IMG/VR virus record: IMGVR_UViG_2932588108_000002
Coordinates: 1 to 64,000 of that record
Strand: one strand, 5' to 3'
Source of the DNA: a virus
Taxonomy: Duplodnaviria > Caudoviricetes
Length of the DNA: 64,000 nt
The notes below the pieces were generated by a model. The model saw only the letters and a list, made by a program, of their open reading frames with translations. It had not been told where the DNA came from and did no database searches. Shown one piece after another: positions 57,278 to 64,000 of the stretch. Numbering within the stretch: position 1 is the stretch's first letter; each line of letters opens with the position of its first letter. Both the position numbers and the translations under genes were made by a program.

Positions 57278-57419
57278 TCCAAGCCGAGCTGAGGGCGTTG
57301 TAGGGCGCCAATCGACCGCCGCTGATGAGCGGTCGGTGTAACAGATCACCGCCCGCCGACGTTCCGCGCTGTGAACGGGTTGACCGCTTAAGTCAACCCG
57401 GCAGTGATCCGGAGGAACG

Positions 57420-57941
57420 GTGACGATCGCGACAGCCCCCCATTCGCTCGAGACTGGCCGCTCTCACCTGCAGGAGAGCCTGTTCTCCTGGCTCGTGCCC
57501 GAGGGGCCCCCCGTGCCGACCCCGGCCCCAAGCTCGACGCCAGAACCCGAGCAGAAGGCCGCTCCCCGTCCAGAGCCACCGGCCGCCAAGGGAGAGGCAC
57601 CCGACCTCTCCCACGTCTGGGTAGTCGCCGCGGAAGTCGAGGTCACCCCGAAGATCGCCAAGACGGCCGACTGCCGCGGCAGCTTCAAGGCCACTGAAGG
57701 GCAGCGCATCGATGCGCTCGAGGTCTACTGCAAGGGCTGCCGACGCCCCTACGACGAAGTCACCGGCCAGGACTGCGCAGCGAAGATCGACAACCGGCAT
57801 CTGATCGGCGGTGACCAGAGCACCCGCGCGAAGCGGAAGATCCCGGTACCGCCGAAGAACGCCCGCGTCGTCCCTGGCGGCACCATCCAGCGCCGCGGCA
57901 TCGGCGCCTACATGTCCGGGGTGTCGCGGCCCGCTCGCTGA
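57420..57941 (+). CDS. Hypothetical protein with CxxC
   Basis: GGAGGA RBS; YCKGCRRPY. Confidence 0.7.
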   Translation: MTIATAPHSLETGRSHLQESLFSWLVPEGPPVPTPAPSSTPEPEQKAAPRPEPPAAKGEAPDLSHVWVVAAEVEVTPKIAKTADCRGSFKATEGQRIDALEVYCKGCRRPYDEVTGQDCAAKIDNRHLIGGDQSTRAKRKIPVPPKNARVVPGGTIQRRGIGAYMSGVSRPAR

Positions 57942-57945
57942 CCGC

Positions 57946-57982
57946 GCGACACTAACGCCGCCCGCTGTTCATGGTGCGCGGC
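57946..57982 (+). promoter_or_regulatory. GCGAC-class leaderless promoter of the portal operon
   Basis: GCGACA-N18-CATGGT-7 nt-GTG 57983. Confidence 0.7.
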
Positions 57983-58366
57983 GTGACTACTCAGCAACCT
58001 CAGCCGTCGAACGACGACCCGACCGGCATCACTGGGTCGGTGCTTCCCGACGCGAAGATCGGCCGGGAGGCCTTCGGGCTTCTCCTGCTCTCGTTCGGTG
58101 TGCTCGGCGGCCTCGGTGCGCTGGGCGCCCTGCATTGGGCCGCGGGCCTGTCCGCCGCCCTCGTCGGACTGTGCGCCAGTGGTGTCGCCGTCCGCCGCAA
58201 CTCCAAGCAGCGATGGCAGCAAGACGTCGGCGCCATGGCCGCATTCACGGCCTACGCGGGGCAGACCGCCCTCCTGTTCTATCTGCTGGCGCCGCTGGGA
58301 TGGCTGGCAGCCAGCCTCCTCGCCGTCGCCGCTGGTCTGCGGCTGTCCAGCGATGAGGGGGCCTGA
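57983..58366 (+). CDS. Small multi-TM membrane protein preceding the portal
   Basis: About four hydrophobic segments; TGATG coupling to the portal gene. Confidence 0.75.
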   Translation: MTTQQPQPSNDDPTGITGSVLPDAKIGREAFGLLLLSFGVLGGLGALGALHWAAGLSAALVGLCASGVAVRRNSKQRWQQDVGAMAAFTAYAGQTALLFYLLAPLGWLAASLLAVAAGLRLSSDEGA

Positions 58367-60828
58367 TGCCCCGCCAACTCTTCCCCGGCCTCCGCGGCCT
58401 CCTCGTCCCGCGGACCGCTGCGCCTCCTCCGCCCACGGAGACGAAGGATCTCCTGGCGGGCAACGCGTACGTGTCGATGACGTACGCCGGCGTCACGAAC
58501 GTGTGGGGCACCCCTGGCCGCGCGGACGGCTGGGACCTCGAGCGCGTCATCATCGAGGGCTACGAACGCAGCATCTGGACCTTCAAGTCCATCGAGGCGA
58601 TCAGCAAGCACGCCAGTACCCTGCCGATCCAGATAGGCCGGGGAGGCGACGAACGGCGCTTCGAGGAGACCCTCGATGACCACCCGCTCCTTCGCCTGCT
58701 GAACAAGAAGGCCAACCCGCTAGAGACCGCCGATGTCTTCAAGAAGCGGCTGAGCGCGCAGCTTCTTCTGTCGAAAAAGGGCGTGTTCATCGAGAAGACC
58801 TACAGCCGCGGCGGCACCCTCACCCGGCTCGATCTTCTGCCACCGGACCGCGTCCAGATCATCCCGGACGACGAGAACGCCGACTACATCAAGCACTTCG
58901 AGTTCACGGACTACAGCGGCCGTGTCCGGGAACTGCTGCCCAAGCACGTCATCTGGATCAGGGACCCCCACCCCACCGACCCCTTCTGCGGCGTCACTCC
59001 GCTCGAGGCCGCGGGCCTGTCCATCGACCTGGACGTCAAGGCCCGCACGTACAACATCTCATTTATTGACAATGACGGCAGACCGGGCGGCATCGTCGGT
59101 ATCGATCTGGACGGCGTCGACCCGCGCGAAGTCGACCGCATCCAGAAGCGCCTGGCCCCCGGCGCGCACCACGCCGGGCAGCTCACCCTCGTCGGTACCG
59201 GCCCCGGCGGCGTCACATACGTGGACACCTCCGCACGGCCGCGCGAGATGGCGTACGAGACGCTGGCCGGCATCTCCAAGGGCGAGATCCTGGCCGCGTT
59301 CGGCGTGCCCGAGAGCATCGTCGGTAACGCATCCGAGCGGACGTACGCCAACGCTGACCGGGAAGACTGGAACTTCTGGGACCACACCGAACTGCCCCAC
59401 CTCAACCTGGTGACCTCCGGCTTCGACCCTGAGCTGGATGACGGCTGGACCGTCCGGTACGACACCTCCCGCGTCCAGGCCCTCGAGTTCCCCCGGCGCC
59501 AGGCCCGGCAGGAAGCCCGCGAGGAGTTCGACAAGGGCCTCATCACCATCGACGAGTACCGGGAGATCGCGGGCCGGGAAGCCTTCAACGTCCCGCAGTC
59601 CCGTGCCCTGTGGATCAGCCCGCAGAAGGCGCCCATACCCGCCAACCCGCAGGACGCTGCGGCCCTCGGCCTCGGCCCCGACCCGGCCGCCGGCGGAACT
59701 CCCGGCGCGGCGCCCACCGGCGTCCCGCTCCCCCAGGGCGCGGCTCCGGAAGACTCCGCGGCCGCGGACGTGGCAGCCGCGCGCGCCATCGAGCCCGGTC
59801 AGGACGCGGCGGCCGCCGTCGCCGCGGCACGAGCGCAGGCCCCCCTCGCACTGCCCGCCGGCACCACGGGCACCGCCGCCGACGCCGTCGCCTCAGCCCG
59901 CGCCACCAACACCGCCACCACCCCGGGCGATGCAGCCGCCGACGTCGACCGCGCCCGGAGCGCACAAGAGCAGACCCAGCCCGGCGATGCCGCCGAGGAC
60001 GTCGACGCCGTCCGCGCCAAGGTCGAGAGCAAGGCCCTCCCCCAGGACGACGGATACGAAGTCACAGACGACGACTTCGACGCCCTCTCCTCTGCCGTGA
60101 GCGCGGCCCTCACCGCGCTACTGGCACGCCAGGAAGGCGTCATACTCGCCCGGCTCCGTGCGCCGAAGATCCGTAAGTACACGCGCTACTGGGAGCCACA
60201 GGACGCCAACGACGCCCGGCACGTCGACGCGAACCTCGACCAAGACCGCGTCGTCAGCGCCGCCCGCTGGGCCGAGGAAACCACCAACACACTCGCCTCG
60301 ATCCTGCAGCAAGCCGCGGCCACGACCGCCCGCAAGGTGGGACAGAGCCTGACCGGCACTGACGCCGTTCCCCCTGCCGCGGCCGCGGCCGCACTGGTCT
60401 CCGCGGCGTACGCCGGTGAGGCAATCACCGCGATGCTCCGCGACCTCGCCACCCTCCTGTTCGACGCGCAGCACGGAGCTGTCGAACTCAGCGACCTCGA
60501 GAACAAGATCACGTGGTTCTACCAGTCAGAGGCGCCCGCCACCGTCGCCCGGATTGCCGAGATGTGCGCCGTCTCGACCATCAACGGCGCAGCAGACGCC
60601 GCCGCCGAACAGGCCGGTCCCGGCGTCGTCCGAACCTGGATCACCCGCGGAGACGACCGCGTACGACCCGCACACAAGGCGCTGAACGGCAAGACACTCC
60701 CCGTCGGCACCCCGTACACCGTCGACGGCTCCAGCCTCCGCTACCCCGGCGACCCATTCGCGCCGATCGCCCTGACGATCAACTGCCGATGCCGCCTCCA
60801 CTACGCAACCGCCGAGGAGGCGAACTGA
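58366..60828 (+). CDS. Phage portal protein (HK97-like) fused to a MuF/gp7-like minor head domain
   Basis: HPLLRLLN.KANP, LLPPDRV, GVTPLEAA, DNDGRPGG, EILAAFGVP...VG....TYAN, GLITIDEYR; C-terminal WITRGDDRVRPAH..LNG...LRYPGDP...INCRC. Confidence 0.92.
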   Translation: MPRQLFPGLRGLLVPRTAAPPPPTETKDLLAGNAYVSMTYAGVTNVWGTPGRADGWDLERVIIEGYERSIWTFKSIEAISKHASTLPIQIGRGGDERRFEETLDDHPLLRLLNKKANPLETADVFKKRLSAQLLLSKKGVFIEKTYSRGGTLTRLDLLPPDRVQIIPDDENADYIKHFEFTDYSGRVRELLPKHVIWIRDPHPTDPFCGVTPLEAAGLSIDLDVKARTYNISFIDNDGRPGGIVGIDLDGVDPREVDRIQKRLAPGAHHAGQLTLVGTGPGGVTYVDTSARPREMAYETLAGISKGEILAAFGVPESIVGNASERTYANADREDWNFWDHTELPHLNLVTSGFDPELDDGWTVRYDTSRVQALEFPRRQARQEAREEFDKGLITIDEYREIAGREAFNVPQSRALWISPQKAPIPANPQDAAALGLGPDPAAGGTPGAAPTGVPLPQGAAPEDSAAADVAAARAIEPGQDAAAAVAAARAQAPLALPAGTTGTAADAVASARATNTATTPGDAAADVDRARSAQEQTQPGDAAEDVDAVRAKVESKALPQDDGYEVTDDDFDALSSAVSAALTALLARQEGVILARLRAPKIRKYTRYWEPQDANDARHVDANLDQDRVVSAARWAEETTNTLASILQQAAATTARKVGQSLTGTDAVPPAAAAAALVSAAYAGEAITAMLRDLATLLFDAQHGAVELSDLENKITWFYQSEAPATVARIAEMCAVSTINGAADAAAEQAGPGVVRTWITRGDDRVRPAHKALNGKTLPVGTPYTVDGSSLRYPGDPFAPIALTINCRCRLHYATAEEAN

Positions 60829-60829
60829 C

Positions 60830-61183
60830 GTGAACACCTACCCCGCCACGCTCGTGCACGTAGTCGACGGCGACACCCTCGACCTCGACATAGACCTCGG
60901 CTTCACCATCCGCACACGCCAACGCGTCCGCCTGGTGGGCTTGAACACCCCCGAGAAGAACACCGACGAGGGCAAAGCAGCGAAAGCCTGGGTCACCGAC
61001 TGGCTCGCTCAACATGGCCCCGGCCTCGTCGTTGAGACACACCGCCGCGAAAAGTACGGCCGATGGCTCGCCACCATCACGTCCCCCGACGGCGCATGCC
61101 TGAACACCGACCTGATCGACACCGGCCACGCCGCCCCGTACGACGGCCACGGCCCCCGCCCCCTCCCAGAACCGAAGGAGTAG
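60830..61183 (+). CDS. Thermonuclease (SNase-like) without signal peptide
   Basis: VVDGDT, RVRLVGLNTPE, EKYGRWLA, LN..LI..GHA..Y. Confidence 0.88.
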   Translation: MNTYPATLVHVVDGDTLDLDIDLGFTIRTRQRVRLVGLNTPEKNTDEGKAAKAWVTDWLAQHGPGLVVETHRREKYGRWLATITSPDGACLNTDLIDTGHAAPYDGHGPRPLPEPKE

Positions 61184-61188
61184 CCGCC

Positions 61189-61401
61189 ATGTGGGCCGCC
61201 ATTTGGATCGCCTGGACCGCCGCCTTTGCCCTGGCCGAGGGCATCGCCCTGGCCAACAAGCGCGATGAGGACACCCTGTCGGAGAACGTCCGCCGCCTGT
61301 TCCGCACCCGCACCAGCAGAGTCGGCCGAGCCATATTCGCCGCCACATGGTTCGGATTCAGCGGCTGGTTCGCCCTGCACATCCTCACCGAGACCATGTG
61401 A
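61189..61401 (+). CDS. Small two-TM membrane protein
   Basis: MWAAIWIAWTAAFALAEGIAL...DTLSEN.RR.F...IFAATWFGFSGWFALHIL; AAGGAG RBS. Confidence 0.7.
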   Translation: MWAAIWIAWTAAFALAEGIALANKRDEDTLSENVRRLFRTRTSRVGRAIFAATWFGFSGWFALHILTETM

Positions 61402-61565
61402 GATGTAGCTGGGTTACCGACACCGCTTGCGCAGCGCGGGAAGCCACCTGCCGCAGTAGTGCGAATACTCATGCTGCAGGGAGGGCCATGCGGCTCAGCG
61501 GTTTCGACCGCAAGCCTCCTCGCTCATGCCCTTGGGACCACTTACACCGGATCATCACCCAAGAG

Positions 61566-62063
61566 TTACGAGTGGCCCCTTCCTGTGCGCAGGCGGACAT
61601 AGCGGCGCTCGCCGGTTGGGCCCACGTAGGTGTAGACAGCGGCAAGTTGCTCCATGTTGCGGCGGCGTCGCAGGGGTTGCTCCTCAACGTTGGGCCGATA
61701 ACGACGGCGCAGGGCGGGCGATATCGCCTCAGCGATGGTGCGGGCGGCGAGACGTCGCTCTTCCTCGAGCGCTGCGGCCTCTGCCGCCTCGCCTCCTGAT
61801 GCCGCGATTTCCTGCCGCCCCTTCCTGGGCTTCGGAGGCTCCGGAACGAAGACCCACTGTGCTGGCTTAGCCCGGTCGGCAGCGGGCGAATCACGCTTCG
61901 AGGAATACCGCACCGCCCGCCTCTGCGAGGGCGTAGTAATCGCCTCTTCCGCATCCCATCCGTCGTACATGCGACGGCGGAGGACTTCCCGCTGCACCAC
62001 ACAGCGGTCGTCGCGCGCCCACTCTGCGGCGGTCTTTGTCTCTCCGAACGCACGGATGGCCAT
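61566..62063 (-). CDS. Small DNA-binding-like protein
   Basis: AFGETKTAAEWA...LRRR...GWDAEEAITTP resembles the C-terminal DNA-binding module of phage HNH-type proteins. Confidence 0.6.
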   Translation of the reverse strand: MAIRAFGETKTAAEWARDDRCVVQREVLRRRMYDGWDAEEAITTPSQRRAVRYSSKRDSPAADRAKPAQWVFVPEPPKPRKGRQEIAASGGEAAEAAALEEERRLAARTIAEAISPALRRRYRPNVEEQPLRRRRNMEQLAAVYTYVGPTGERRYVRLRTGRGHS

Positions 62064-62156
62064 GTCCAGCCTCCCCTTGACCGGAACGAATGCCGGGGAG
62101 TCTACCCAAGGCCCCACCGGACAATGCGGGTTTACGGACCCCGGGAAAACCAGCGC

Positions 62157-62193
62157 GCGACGCTACGCACCCGCGCTCTGCATGGTCCGCGGC
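62157..62193 (+). promoter_or_regulatory. GCGAC-class leaderless promoter of the giant gene
   Basis: GCGACG-N18-CATGGT-7 nt-ATG 62194. Confidence 0.7.
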
Positions 62194-64000
62194 ATGCTGA
62201 ATCGCCCCACTGCACAGGCTGAGTCGCAGGACCTGAATCGCGACCTCGAGGTCAAGGTCACGCGTCGGCCGTGGAACCCTGCCCTGCACCCCCGCGACAG
62301 CAAGGGCCGCTTCATCGAGACGGGTGGAACGGTCAGGCTCTGGGGCGGCAAGCTCGCGCGCGTCGTGCGCGCCCTTCCGCACGACCGCGTCCTCGTCCAG
62401 GACCAGAGCGGCCCCAACGAGTTCCGGGGACGCCGGCACACCACGAGTGCCAAGTGGGTGACGATGGTCGCCCGTCCCGACGGCACCGCGCCCACCGAGG
62501 ACGAGAACAAGGTCGTCGCCGAGGACGAGCGTCGACACAAGGACCCGCGCCGCGGCAACGGCGTCGCCCGGGACGACGATGGCGACCCTGACACCCCCAA
62601 CGACCCCCACGACGTCGACGACCAGGGCCGCCCGATCGGGGACGACGAGGGCGACGGCCCGCACGACGAGGACGACCAGGACGAGCCGGAAGACGGCGCC
62701 CACCCCGTCAACCTCGACGCGCTTCCCAACCAGCAGAACGCCGCCGGAGCCCGGTACGCCGACACCGCGGCCGTCCGGCGGCACTTCACGAAGCTTGCCG
62801 AACAGCCCGGCACCAAGCCGGAGATGGGCACCTTCCTGCGCTCGGTCGCCCACGACGACGACCTGCGGGTGACCCCGAACGGCCGCTTCGCGATCCTCCG
62901 CGACGACAACGGCCGCTGGTACCTCACGGCCACCGGCACCGGACAGCGCATGGACGGCGCCGGCGACTTCGACACCCCGCAGGACGCCGCCCGGTTCGCC
63001 AAACACCTCGACAAGACCGCCGTCAACGGCCGACTCACCCAGTTCAACCAGCCGTTCGACTTCTCCGACCCGCAACTGGACCGCGCCGCCCGCGACTGGC
63101 GCTCCACCAAGGGCGAGAACATCCAGGGCGCCATCATCCGCGCCCGCAAGGAGTTCGACGCCACCCCGGCGCCCGCGGCCGCGCCGAGGGCCCCCGCGGA
63201 CAGCCCGGCCGACGGCAACGGACAGCGCTTCAGCACGCTCCAGGCCGTTCGCGCCCACTGGCAGCAGCGCCTCGACCAGATCAACGACATGGGCCCGGAC
63301 AGCCTCCGAGAGCAGCGCGCCGCGCGGCACCTCGAAGGACTGATCAGCAACGACCGGATCAAGCTCGTCGGCCATGGCCAGTTCGTCGTCGGCCAGGACC
63401 AGAACGGGGAGTGGTACCTGGTCGCTACCGGCAGCGGCCTGCCGCTCCGCCGTCGGTGGACTTCCCAGCGGGACGCGCAGGCGTTCGCCCAGTCCTTCAC
63501 CGAGAACGCCCCCATGGGAGACGACGGTAAGCCGCTGGACCTGTCGGACCCCAACACCCGCATCGCGACGTGGCGGTCCAACGACAACCGTTCGATCAGC
63601 GAAGTCATCGACGCAGCCGCCGAAAAGTTCCAGCGCGGCAACGCCGCGGAGGGAGCACCGGCCGCCAACCCGGCGCCGACCGCCGCCCCGGAAACACCCG
63701 CCGCTCCACAGGCACCGGAGACCCCGGAGGTGCCGCAGGCGCCCGCGCTGCCGGGCAACGCCGAGCCCGTCGACGGTGTCGACGGCTACCACTACGTCAA
63801 CCACGGCGGCGCGATCACCCTGTACGGCCCCGACGGGCAGGTCGCCGCCACCAGCGAGCGCGGCTACCCGCCGAAGGTCACCATCGACGGCGTCGTTGTC
63901 CCCGTCCCGCAGTACCCCCCGCAGGGCGCCCAGGTCATGGCCCGCCTCCACCTCGCCGCGCAGAACCCGCAGAAGCGGGACCGCGTCACCGCGGCGTGGG
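62194..64000 (+). CDS. 5' part (>600 aa) of a very large repeat-containing protein, running off the window (absent from the ORF track)
   Basis: Open frame from ATG 62194 to the window end; WNPALHPRDSKGRFIE near the N-terminus, an acidic linker, and two about 140-aa homologous repeats. Confidence 0.85.
   Translation, partial: MLNRPTAQAESQDLNRDLEVKVTRRPWNPALHPRDSKGRFIETGGTVRLWGGKLARVVRALPHDRVLVQDQSGPNEFRGRRHTTSAKWVTMVARPDGTAPTEDENKVVAEDERRHKDPRRGNGVARDDDGDPDTPNDPHDVDDQGRPIGDDEGDGPHDEDDQDEPEDGAHPVNLDALPNQQNAAGARYADTAAVRRHFTKLAEQPGTKPEMGTFLRSVAHDDDLRVTPNGRFAILRDDNGRWYLTATGTGQRMDGAGDFDTPQDAARFAKHLDKTAVNGRLTQFNQPFDFSDPQLDRAARDWRSTKGENIQGAIIRARKEFDATPAPAAAPRAPADSPADGNGQRFSTLQAVRAHWQQRLDQINDMGPDSLREQRAARHLEGLISNDRIKLVGHGQFVVGQDQNGEWYLVATGSGLPLRRRWTSQRDAQAFAQSFTENAPMGDDGKPLDLSDPNTRIATWRSNDNRSISEVIDAAAEKFQRGNAAEGAPAANPAPTAAPETPAAPQAPETPEVPQAPALPGNAEPVDGVDGYHYVNHGGAITLYGPDGQVAATSERGYPPKVTIDGVVVPVPQYPPQGAQVMARLHLAAQNPQKRDRVTAAW

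Overview
High-GC actinobacterial (Streptomyces-like) DNA that reads as part of a large prophage or phage-plasmid rather than core chromosome. 1-14.4 kb: a divergently transcribed early-type region of small hypothetical genes, a C5 DNA methyltransferase and two disrupted PAPS-reductase-like (adenine nucleotide alpha-hydrolase) genes. One of these has its middle replaced by a low-GC TIR-domain gene; the other is interrupted by an integrase-element remnant. 14.4-26.8 kb: an IR-bounded mini-cassette, a possible replication/DNA-binding gene, an N4/N6 methyltransferase, an HNH nuclease and a terminase large subunit. 27-57.3 kb: cargo lying between terminase and portal, comprising a BsuBI/PstI-type RM pair, a tyrosine recombinase operon with a HEPN-like gene, and a two-armed RiPP island (an unannotated 56-aa peptide with JmjC, AKR and kinase genes on one arm; an FxLD class I lanthipeptide cluster on the other). 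57.4-64 kb: a portal-MuF fusion, an SNase-like nuclease and the start of a giant repeat protein. The strongest unannotated signal is a three-part cis-regulatory code read directly from the sequence: (i) an 18-bp box GAGTCTCATTGCTGTAYT overlapping a -10 element, usually as an inverted pair; (ii) about 10 copies of a leader hairpin with a conserved AGAGCA loop, covarying stems and a fixed CCCGAACGAAGGAACAC ribosome-binding tail; (iii) a GCGAC(A/G)-N18-CAnnnT promoter class placed exactly 7 nt before the start codons of the terminase, the portal operon and the giant gene. All family assignments come from motif recognition by eye; no database search was run.
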